Source: Candidatus Omnitrophota bacterium
GTDB taxonomy: Bacteria; Omnitrophota; Gorgyraeia; Zapsychrales; JANLHA01
NCBI GenBank assembly: GCA_963662715.1
Contig: OY759724.1
Location: 1,178,662-1,242,661 of the forward strand
DNA length: 64,000 nt
Reading direction: 5' to 3'
Positions within the stretch are counted from its first letter, which is position 1; every line of letters begins with the position of its first letter. The notes under the pieces are model-generated. The model had not been told where the DNA came from, did no database searches, and saw nothing but the letters and a program-made list of their open reading frames with translations. The position numbers and the translations under genes are program-made. Shown here piece by piece: positions 51,001 through 63,000 of this stretch.

Positions 51001-54000
51001 GTTTGAACTGGCCGGGAGCCACGCCTTCGGCTTCGTCAACCAGAATGCGTGTTCCCTGCAGGTAGGTCTGCTGACCTTCGGACTGGCCGTTTTCAGATTC
51101 TTCATCCTGAACAGCAAAGAATTCCAGGTCGCGGTAAACCTTGATCACATGGCCTTCATCGGTAATGGCGGCCCACGGTTTTCTGTATGGAGACTGCGTA
51201 TCATAAAGAACCGTCTCTTCACCCTTTGTGGCCACCCCGAGCATCTGCAGCATGATCTGCATGGTCACATGAGCATAATTTTCGGTCAACAACTGTCCGG
51301 CCGGTGTATAAACGATTTCACGCTGGAACGGAGCGTCCAAGACGAAGTATTCATAACCGCGGACCTGGCTGAGCGTCTTGCCGTCGTTATAAGAATACTG
51401 CAGGACAGGCAAGACCTTATCGGCGTCTGTTCCGAACACTTCGGCGATGCTTGACTTGATATCCTCCGGATTGACAATCAGGCGGATCTCTGTTTCATCG
51501 GTATACGGCTCGGCCCAGCCTCTCGCCAGCAATTTCTCTGAAATTTCTTCCCAGTCAAGGCCTTCTTCTCTCTCGACCTGCTGCTGTGTCAGGACCTGCG
51601 GATCGACGATCTTGACCGTCATCTGCTCACCTCTTCCGCCGGTCAGGATGAACTTCCGGCCGTCATTGCCCAGGACATCTCTCCGGTAATAATCTTCCTC
51701 CTCGGTCGGAGAACGGAAAACCCGGACTTCTTTCAAGCCGTTGCCGTCCTTGAACACGATCGTTCCCGGATTGATTCCGACTCTCAGATCAACTTCAATA
51801 TCTTCCCCGTTATTGACCTTGAGCTTGTGTCCTTCCAGCCACAGGACATTAATACCGAAATCTTTGTTGGCATAAAGCGTGGCGATATCGCGGCCGCGGC
51901 TGTCATTCGGAGTCAGGTAATGGTAAAGCTGCTTACCTGTCTTGTCCGGATTATATCGCGGCCGGCCCAGCAGAGGCAGGAGCGTCTTGGCATCCGCACC
52001 GAACACTTCCGTCATCTCCGCTCTCACGTCATTCAGGTTGACGATCAGGTGAATCTCCTCAAGGCCTGTGCGCTGAGCCCACCCGTTGTGGAGCAGTTTT
52101 TCGGAGACATCGCTCCAGTCAAGCTCGGCTCTCTCGATCTGATTTTTGGTCAGATAACCGTTCTCAAGGATAACCGGTGTTTCCTCAACGATATCAAACA
52201 ATGTCGCGCGGGAAATACCCATCTTGGCCAGATGCTGCCAGAGATAAGCATTTTCAAGTCCGAAGCGGACGAGCGCTGTTCTGTTGTAGGATCTTTCCAT
52301 TTCCTCATTAAACAACGCCTCTGCCTGTACCTTCAGGCCAAGCGCTTCAGCCTCTTCAATACTTAACGTTCTGAAGAATGTTTCTATCTGATATTCAACC
52401 CGCTCTTCCGCTTTCTCTCCCGCAGGCCCTTCAATTCTGGTAATCACGTCATCGAGCTTCACGGACCGTTTCACTTCACCCGTTCTCTCATCAAACTCAA
52501 GACCCACGATAATTTCCACCAGGTCTCTTTCAAGATTATCCGGGTTCTGGGCCGGGACAGCTTCTTCCCTGACCGTAATGATCTTTCTCTTCACCGGATC
52601 ATGCGGGATTCGGTATGTCGTGGTTCGGACATTGTCAACCGTTGTCTCTGTCGAAACCTCAAAGATCAGATCCGACAAATCATCCACTTTACTGAACCGG
52701 GACATATCAAGGTTCAGCAAGGCTTCTCTGACCAAATCATGCTGGATAAGAGCGGCGAAATCGATCTGCTGAATATCTCCGGCCCTGACACGGCCCCTAT
52801 TTTCCGTATCCCAGACTTTGACCCAGCCTGAACCGTTCGCGCGGATCTCAACCTCGCTGGTCTCATGCTTGCCTGTCGGAGAATATTCTTTTCTTTCCTG
52901 GATTCTGAAGATGCTCTTTTCACCCGCCCGCTCACCAAGCTGTTCGTTTTTGTCAGAATCCTTAACCAAGGCGAAGAGCTGTTCCTGATTTTCAAAGTTC
53001 TCCGGAATCTGGATAGACCCGATCTGTTCTACCATAATCTTGCCCTTAACGATTTCTCTGCGTGTGACAAGAGCGCTTCCGCCGAGTTTCTCCTGGTCTC
53101 TCAGGTTAATGAATGTCTGGACGCGGTTCTCCCTGGTTCCGGTATAGCTGTAAACTCCCGTGACATTTTCGACTTCAACCTCTGTGCCGTCTGCCTGACG
53201 GACCGTTACGGTGAGACCTGTCTCTTTCTTGTAATCCGTGGAATAAAGCTCTTCGCCCGTTTCCGGATCAAAATAACGGATCTCTTCGCGCTCAGGATCT
53301 GTGCTCTGCAGCAGTTCGCCCTGGGCATTGTACACGTCATATCTTTCCGTATCAGCCGCGAAATCTCTGACCGTGACATATCTGTTGCCTTCGGCGTCAA
53401 CACGAGTTGTCAGAGATTCTCCGATGACCGGGCCTGTTATGTCGACTGTTCCGTCAGCATTGACCTCATAGTCATCCAGCCAGTAAACCTTGCCGACGTT
53501 TTCGGAATCAAAGATTTCAATCTTCGACTCTTCCTGATCCACGGCCAGGTACAAGCGGGCGCCCCTGTTTCCTGGGAGGGTAACGTCAAGCACGCCGAAC
53601 TTGTTCACGTATCTTGCGTTCCAGCGGGCCTTTTCATAATTGGCGACATCCATCAATTCATCCATGGTCATGGACATGGCCGTGTTATCCTGATCCGTGA
53701 AGAAGAATTCCGTCTGCTGTCTCTCTGCCACCATGTCTTCGCCGGCAAAGCTGTAGTCCACAATACCTCTCGTCATGATGTCAGCATCTTTCATCGATTC
53801 GATTCTTTCGCTCAAACCGCTCAACCGCTCTTCGGAAGCCCCTCTCTGTGTTTCTGCGACACGCTTACGTTCTTCTAAGACTTTCTTCTGCAATTCAAGC
53901 GCCGTATCTCCTCGATCCTCTTCCGGCGAATTATACGGATCAACAAAGAGGCTGATAATCCATTCAATGAAGTCCATGAAGCGGTCCAGCAGGGACGGAT

Positions 54001-57000
54001 TCCTGTCTACGGCGGCTGCTTCTGCGGCAAGCCGTTCTTCCGTTTCTTTCGCGATCCGCTCTTCGATCTCGGCGATTTCGGCTTCCAGTTCGCGGATTCT
54101 TTCAGTATATTCCTCAATTTCTTTCTGGGCTTCTTCCGCCTGTGCCGTCAAGACCGGCAACATATCAATGACCACCGTTGACTTCAGAGCCCTGAGCTCT
54201 TCACTGATATATCCGTCTTCCTGTGAATAGTACTGGATGGTTTCTGATTCCAGACGGCCTTCATACTGACCGGTCAGATATTGCGGTGAATAATACGGAT
54301 AACCTGCGCCTTCATACTCAAGGTGCTGATCTGTCGTTCTGTATCTGTCAGAGTGATCCAGCGTCATCAGTCTTTCATATCTCTCATTGCTGATGATCTG
54401 GTAATCGAACAAGGTGCCCTGCCGCAGGATTCTCACCCAGTTGCCGCTCAACCGGAACTGTTTGACTTCGTCTTTATAATCCTGGCTCAGTTCGATGACA
54501 ATGCGTCGGTTGCCGGCGATATCGACAAACGTGTCGGCCTCGCGGGTATCCGGCGTTGCCAGACGTGACAGCATGCGCGGTCCGCCGAACCTGGACAAGG
54601 ACCACTGCAAAGTCCACTTAGACCCGTATTTATCCATGAACGATGTCAACCGCTCCTTGATTTCCCCGGCCGATAAGTCAACGGCTTTGTCTTCGCCGGC
54701 CTCACGGAGGAGTTCGCTCAAGAAGCTTATGGTCTCGGCATTGAAGGACACCGTCTCGATATAGGAGGCGATGTTCTCGCGGTCAACCGCAAAGATATCT
54801 TTCAGCATCTCGACCTGGTCTTTTGCCGCGAAGAGCGTTCCGTGACCGTTGCCCATCGGAATACCGAATTTATCTGAAGAAATTTCTTCGAACAGATCTT
54901 TTCCGGAAACATCTTCGCTGCTCCTTGCCGCCCCGAACTCGATGATAGCGCCGTCATATTCTCCGCCGACAACCACAAGTTTGCGCAATTCTTTACCGTC
55001 TTCGTCATAACGTCCTAACGGAACGAAATCTATGGTTCCGTTAGCCAGGTTGGAATCCGTTAACTCAAGCAGCGTTGCCAACGTTAAGCTGAACGAACCT
55101 GTTCCTTTTAACCGTAATGCGCCAATGTTGCCTTCGATGACGGCCCCGTCATAAATTCCGCCTCTCACGACCGTTCTGGTTACGCTTTCTCCGTTAACCG
55201 TAACGCTCTCGGTCTCAAGATAGCCGTTGCTCTTATCCCCATCCGCCAGGATTTCCAGGATGTCCTTCGTCAATCTCACCGGCTCGGCATTCTCCAGCAT
55301 CAACATATGAGAACTGCTTAACAATTCGAGCTCTCTCCTCATCGTCATTAAGTTGTCGTCCACAAACACGGCCTGGTTGTATCCTTCCGGCATCTCATTT
55401 CTCGTGTCTTCGCTGAGATCTTCGAAGTCTTGCGGCAATATGACGCGGGCCTTGCCCTCTTTCAGGTCAACCTTATACTCTACTGTCTCGCCGGCTCCGT
55501 TGACGTAGGTCGCCTTCATGTAGAAGGTCACCTGCTCTGTCTCTTCATTGATCGTACGGAAAATACCCACAGCATTAAACTGTTCTCTATAGTCTTCATA
55601 AGTGTCTCTGATGGACAAGCCGTAAGAGAGATCTGCTTCTGGGATGGCAAACAGCGGCGTACCGTCCACTAATTTTGCAACGCCGCCGAGGGTTTCCGCC
55701 GTAAAGGCCTCGATACCGCGGTCGACCAGATCAGCGCTCGGGATCACCACATCGCCTTGCGGAGTAATGGAAAGGAGGATATTGCTGTACACCGACTTCC
55801 GGCTCTTGATCAATATCCCTTCGATTTCTTCGAATTGATCCTCTTCCAGACCCGGGAACCATGCCTTGAATTCCGCATCCAGCTCTTCGAATTCCGGAGC
55901 CACCCGCATGGCTTCCGATACATAGCCTTTCTCGATGAGTCTCGGAATAATCGTTGCCGCATCAAGCCCGGCTCTTTCAAACGGCTGGGCTGTCAGGATG
56001 CCGCGGCCGGAGCTCAAGGTCATCTCACCCGTGCCGTTGAGGTAGCTGCCGAAGATCTCTTCATCATCCTCGTTGAATCCGGTGGCCACGCCCAGCAACC
56101 GTTTATTTTCTTTATCCTGATCTTCAATATCCTTGCCTTTGATGAGCCGTCTTAACTGCTCCCAGGCGACAGAAACAAAATCATATTTAAGGTTGGCAGA
56201 CGGCTCACCGGTTGTGGAATATCGCGCTTCATATTCAAGTTCTTTCGTAATGTTTCTCCGGACACTGGCGGTCGCGCCGTAATCGCCGTACTGGTTCACG
56301 AAGGCTCCAAGGCTGATGCCCTTCTTGCTATACTGCACGCCATATGTTTCAAGATCATTTTCCCTCTGGTAGTAACCGGAGAACGGCCCGACGTTGCTTC
56401 TCAGGCTTAACCGGTCAGAATCGCCGAAGGCCTGATCCACGGACATGCTGAAAGTCTTCCAGCTGTATGTGGCCCCTAAGAGCGCGTAATACCGAGTGTA
56501 ATCCTCCCAGAGGTCATGGACGAAACCGTCGCTTTCTTCCCTGACCCCGGAAACGCGTACGCTGAACTGATGTGCGCTATTCTCATTTGTCAAAGCCTGC
56601 TCGATTGTGATCTTCTGGTAATTGACCTTGTCATCAACGCCGAACGTGAGATCTTGTTCATCGATCGCCGTTTGCCCGGTCAGCGGATCAACGATATAAA
56701 CATCTCCCACCTCGGCTCTGTATCCATCTATGTACCCGGCTTCGGCGCTGATGGTCGTCTTGTTTATCTTGACTTCGACATACCCTTCGACACCTTTGGT
56801 TTCCATCTCTTCGCCTTCAACATTGAATTTCCAGAACGGAGCGAGACCGGCATAGACTTCCGCGTCGCCGACTTCCGTACGGTAAGCCAGGACGTCCACC
56901 AGGAGGATAGCGGATTCTTCCTGATCCTCACCGTCATCCGGGTCGGCGGCGTTCTGCAGGTAACGGTAAGATTCTGTATAACCGACGGAGAGGTTATGGC

Positions 57001-60000
57001 TAAACGTCGTATTGTCTGCGCCGGAGAGGTCAACGCTCGCCCGGACGTAGCGGTTTTCAGGAGCGTTTTCGTTCTGAGCCTGGAAGGTTCCGGCTTCCAA
57101 ATCTACGCCCGGAACGGCATTATGAACCGAGAACTGCTGGAAGGTGACGGTGGCTTCACCGTTGAGGTTGACCACGTCAATCGTGCCGGACTGAATCACC
57201 GGCTGGCCGTTGACCATGGCCACGCGGCCGTAAAGTTTCTTGTTCACGAACACTTCATCGCCAATCTTGATCACCGGCGGCGGTGAACGCGTCATGCGGG
57301 CGATGAAGTTGTTGATGGCTCTAACATGTATTTCTTTGTCTTCAACGCTCTCTGAACTCTCTTCAACAGCTTTGATTAGGTACTGTCTCAAGGCGACCAA
57401 TTGATCGTTATAGTCATTCGCCGCATCGGCAACGGCATTAACCTGCCTCTTCGCGTCGAGTTTAAGCTGTTCATAATCCTCCTCAGCCTCCGCCAGCTTG
57501 TTGGCTTCTCTGAGATTGGTGATCTCAGCCTGAATCATCGGCAGCAAGCCGGCCGTCATCATATCAAAGGCAGGATCGCGTCCTTCTCCTGTTCTCTCAT
57601 CAACAGCTTTTAACGAAGCCAGGGCGTTCTCGGCTTCTCTGTCCAGGACATCGCCGATTTCCTCACCGGCGCCTTCCTTGAAGTACTGGCCATTAGCGAT
57701 TAACGTGTTGATCTCTTCTACGATCCTCAACCGCTCCGTCAAGATAGCCTGGTTCGCTTCAAAGAAGGCGATCTTGCGCTCAATAATCTGATCCACCGTC
57801 TCACTGGACCGACCTTCCTGCAGGGCCAGATCTCTTTCGACCTGTCTGTGAACACCGTAGTCCGGATTGTCATGGAAAGCTCTTTCCTGGGACAAGGTCG
57901 GGATAAACTCGTTCACGAATTGTGTGGTGGCTTCGCTGAGAGGCCCGGGTCCGCGGTCGCCGTTGTAAGCCACGACTGTTGACAAGTATGTCTCTGCTTC
58001 CGCCGTACGGCTGTATCGGCCCATGGTCTCTTTGGCCCGCGGCTGGTCATCATCAATATGCCAGTATGTCTTAACTTCCTCAATCGTCTTGACCTTTTCA
58101 GGATCTTGTCCTGCCTTGCGCTTAATCGGGATAATGAAGAATTCATCGGTGAAATCAACGACATTCAGTTCGATCGACCTCCGGAGCAGGGATTGTTTTT
58201 CTCTGAGGAGGCCAGCTTCTGTTTCCGCTAATTCACGGCGGCGGTCTAACATGCTGGTGACTGTTTCGGCGGCAATATTTCCTCCCTGATCGCTGATCTC
58301 ATAAAGTCTCTGATAGTAGCGCAGTTCTTGCAGGTTCCGGTTGGCTAAGACCAGCTCTCTGCGGGTGGCGGACAACCAATCATTGATCAGCGCATTATAA
58401 TCGCTTTGGCCTCTCGTATCCCGCTCTAAGCTTTCCAGCTGCTCGATACCTTCTTCCAGGCGCTGGATATACCCCATTCTCTCAATGTCATCCTTGCCAT
58501 GAGCTCTATCATATAAGCCGTCATCGCCGGTAATGCCTTTGGATCTGTCTCCGTAATACTGGATGCCTTCCCAAATTTCTTCGCGTTTCGGCAAGAGGTT
58601 CTCGAAATCTCTTTCATCCCACAAGGCCTCTATGGCAACCAGACGGCCGGGTTTCGGATTGCCTTCGTCGTCATATTCGATTTCTCCCGTGATAGGATCT
58701 AACTCATACGGCCCTTCAATGGACTGAATCTGATAGCCCGCTCGTGTAATGGACAGGTTAACAGCCGCTTTCCAGCCTTCTGTGTCACCTTCCTCCGGCA
58801 GGTTGCCTTCGGAATCTCTTTCTCCCAACCCTAAGCCCTGGGCGGCCAAGACCATGTTCTCGGAAACGCCGTTCTGCAAGTTGCGCAAAGTCGTCAAAGC
58901 ATCGGCGATATCAGCCAAATCTGTTCTTAAATCTTCAGCCGTTTCTACGCCGAACAGCGAGCCTGTGCCTCGCTCACGGTATTCGTTGATCACATCCGTC
59001 AAGACCTTAACCACATCACCGTCTTCTTCCTCGATCTTTTCTCTTAATTCGGCAAAGTATTTCTCACCGCTGACGTCGTTAGGATCTTCGGAAAGGGCGA
59101 TCATTCTCAAATATTTCTCCAAGGCTGTCCCTTCAATCAGCTTGAAGTCTTGTTCCGCTCCGCTCTGCAGGAAGCTCTTCCAGGCGGCTAACCGCTGCTG
59201 GACAACGTCATCGTCTCTTTCAACCATTTGTTTCTCAAGCTCCTGCAGTTCATTGTCCAGCGTCCCCAACATGGCATTCAGTTCATCGACCAGGCCTTCC
59301 TGGCTGTCTCTGGCCTCGGTGAGCTTCGCTATGATCTCATTCAGAGCCGTATCCTCGCTATCGAGTTTTAACAGGGTCGCCAGTCTCTGGATGTTCTGAA
59401 TATCGGCCTGAGAATACTTCACCTGGTCAAAAGCGGATAACTCTGTATTCACTTCCGGTTCGGAAACCGGCAGTTCAACGCCGTCTTCGACATCCATGAT
59501 CGGAGTGCGGTCTGTATACTGATATGTTCCATCGGCATTCTGGACAGCGACCAGGTTGCCTCTGTCAGCCAGTTCATTGTAAACCTTGGTGAATCCTGGA
59601 CCGTATTCGAATACGCTGACGTTTCCTGTACGGCGGTTGATCAGCAGGGTGTTCGGCAGCACGTCGTCCGCCTGGTACTCGATAATCTTTCTGGCCACTT
59701 CTGTCTGGCCGTCCTGCTTGGTCCACTGCATCAGCAGAGACATATATTCATCCTGCTCGCGGCTGATATAGTCGTTGACGATTTCCTGTTCGTTGAAGAT
59801 ATAGCGTGAACCTTCTCTCGGGTTGGATACCGAATGAACCATGCCCACCGGAACGCCTCTTTCCGGTCTCAAGAAGAGGACGCCGACCTCACCCTTGATG
59901 GTTCTCTTATCCTGTAATGTCCAGTATTGTGTGCTGACTCTGTCTTCCTCTTCCCTCAAGGAGACGACCTCGTTGTCAAGCTGGGCACCGCCGATAACCA

Positions 60001-63000
60001 GTTTTCTGTACGGCGGCAGGCGGGTCTTCTTCACAACCTCGTCCGCCGCATACTTAATGGCGCCCTTCTCTAAGTTCGTTAATATCGACTCGTTGGTGAC
60101 TGTGCTTTCCGGAATAGCGATCAACATTTCCGAGAACTCTTTATCACGCACAATCAGAATGGTCTGATTCTCTGAGGCCTCAACGATCTCGGAAGAGTTT
60201 TCAATTCTTAACGGATCGGTTACGCGGACGTTAACGATACGGGCCGGTTCCGTCATTTGGTCCGTCGGATCAAAGACCACCATATCGATGCGTTCGCCGA
60301 TTTCGGCCGGGATACGACCTAAGATGGCATCGACTTCCCTGCGGCTTAAGTCGGCGGCATTGTACTGGATTCTTTCACCCCGGTTGTTCAGATATCCGCT
60401 TTCTTCGATCTCGTTCAAAATGGTGTTGTAGATGATCTTGGTCTGTCCGTTCACATCGGCTGTGAGCGTTCCTTCTTCAATATCCAGGAGTTGATCCTGC
60501 GTCAGCTGGTCTGTCCTCAGATAATTTCCTTCGGTGTCATAAACAGCCATCAAGGCCGCAATATCATCTGCCGGATTCGTATGCATCCAGAGGTTCAGTT
60601 CAGCCGGCTCGGCTCCGAAGATCACGATCGGATGGACATAGCGGACTTCTTTTTCTCCATTATCTCCGCCTTCACCGCCGTCCGAACCGCCGATTTCGTT
60701 GATGATAAAGTGCGGATCAATTGCGACTTCAACCGGGTTGCGGCCTAAGTAGTAGGTCATGCCGTCACGCTCAAACAGTTTGTTCGGCAGCACGGCCGGC
60801 AGGTTCTCTTCGAAATAATGCTCGGCAATGATTTCCAGTGTCACCGGGTTGATGCTGACAGCCACCGGACGGGTCTCTTTGTTCTTGCCGAACATCGCCT
60901 CAAAGAGTCTCTGGTTAAAGACCTCGGACGGCAAGACATACATTTCGCCTTGCTCTCTGTACGGGAAGCGGTTGACCGGATCTTCCATGAAGGCTTTCGT
61001 GACCGGGGTCTTCGCTTCCTTCAGAGCCGCGGATGTCTCTTGCAGGGTTTCTTCCAGCTCTGCCCTTTCAGTCTCATCTGTTGTCTGGCTCAACTGGGCC
61101 TGTATCTGGACAATCTCTTCCTGCAATTCTTCAACGGCTTCGATGTTATACCAGTAGCGGAGCGTGATGAATACCGTTTCTTTTCTGTCTTCCGGATCCT
61201 CGGCTCTCAAATTGTATCGATACCCGAAATCAAACCAGTCTGCCGGATAAACATTGTCCTCTATTTCAATTGTTTCTCCTTCTTTTCCTCTCTGAACAGC
61301 ATAGATAATGCTCGGGTCTGTGTTCTTTTTAGCCTCTAAGGTATAATCGACTTCCCGTCGGCCGATGAACGGTACGGCCGGATATTTATGGCCTTCGTAA
61401 ACTGAATCCTTATCAGGATCACCAAAGATGCTCCATACGCGGCCGAAAACTTCCTGGACAAAGTCGCCGATCAAGTGCGACAACGGGATGTCAGCTTTGC
61501 GGCCCGTGCGGATATCAGAGAACTTGGCTTCCGTGCCTTCATCGTTAAGCGGAATAATTTCCGGACTGGCCTTAAGCTCTGTTGTCAGATCCACGAACGG
61601 CCGCAAGACGTCCAGGGCTCCGCGGGTCTTATCCAGTCTCCAGAAAGGATGTTCTCTCTGAACCGCGATACCGCCCACGCCTTCCATGTTGAGGTAAACC
61701 TTCTCCATGCCTTCGTTATAAATTTCTGATGCGGCCTGAGCCCAAGCGACATAAGTGAAGGCTTGGGTAGCGATGGAAGCATCTGCAATGCTTTCCGCCC
61801 CGGTGGCCATATTGATAATCTGGGCATATTTATTGAGCGGTGTATCGAGCCCGATCATGAAATCAAGCGTGCCGTCTTCCCAAAGCTGGATGGAATGCCC
61901 GAAAAGCTTGTTGCCCGGATTCCAGTTGATACCGATTCCGGCGAAGAGGCTGGCCACCTTCTGCTGATCCTGCTGGGTCAATCCATTGGCGAAGTTTTGC
62001 GGCGTGGAGGTGAGAACCTGGTTATAAACGTCAAAGACCTGATATAAGGCTTCCTGCCGTCTGCGTTCATCGTTACGGGCATCGCCTTCTGTCTTCATCT
62101 GGATCTGTCTCAGCAGTTGTCTGGCCTTAAGGATATCTTCTTCTAATTCCTGAATACCTTCGCGGACATCTTCTAATCTGTCTTCCGGTGTCACTTCTTC
62201 CGGAGCGTATCTGCCGGCTTCAACGTTAAAGAGTCTTCTCTGTTCACGATCTATCTGCTGGCGGATCTTCTCTGTCTGGACTTTCGTCGTTTCGCCCCGT
62301 TCGCTTAAGACCTGAAGTTCATCTTCTTCCAGGTACGGATTCATGAGCGACAAGGTCTCATCATTAATCTTCAGCTTAAAGACATATTCGGACTGGGCTG
62401 TTGTCTCGGTTCTAAACGTGCCCGCCAAGCCCAGGATCGTGCCGGCCTTGATCTCCTGGCCGACCAAGTTAACGTTGGTGCCTGTGAGATGACCGAAGAT
62501 CTGCTGGACTTTGACTGTCTTGCCTGACCCTTCTTCCACTGTTTCGGATTCAATGATAATTTCTTCACCGAACGGACCAGGCTCAACGCTAATCACCGTA
62601 CCATCCATATAGCTCCGGACTGTGCTCTGTTCCGGCACAATATGCTTCACAAACAGGCCTTGTGCTCTGATCTGATATTCAGTATTCACAATCAAGCCTT
62701 CCGTCGCCGCTGTTGTTTCCGGAGTTTCTGACGGCACAACGCGGCCGGCAAGTTCTGAGGCTACAAATCTCGGAGTATCAATATTATCGAATTCATCAAC
62801 CAAGGCGTAAATTGGGTTCTTGCTGGCAAACCACAGCATCGTTTGCATACGGTCGACCTCGGCAACTTCAACCGCCTGTCTGAACAATCGGTAGACAATC
62901 TGGTTCAGCTCTTCTCTCGTCTTGAACTTGTCTTCCTGCGAAACAATGAAGACCATACCTTGTTTCGGTCCGACCGGCTCATCGGTAAAGGATTCCTCGT

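Noticed and set aside
52865-53878. The longest ORF in the supplied track (337 aa, plus strand), along with other sizeable plus-strand ORFs such as 38228..38977, 32287..32937, 56516..57286 and 13348..13845
   Set aside because: All of them lie antisense to, or out of frame with, the continuous minus-strand giant ORF. Their translations are low-complexity (R/L/S/F/P-rich) with no recognisable motifs, whereas the minus frame gives canonical enzyme signatures at the same positions. I treat them as spurious.
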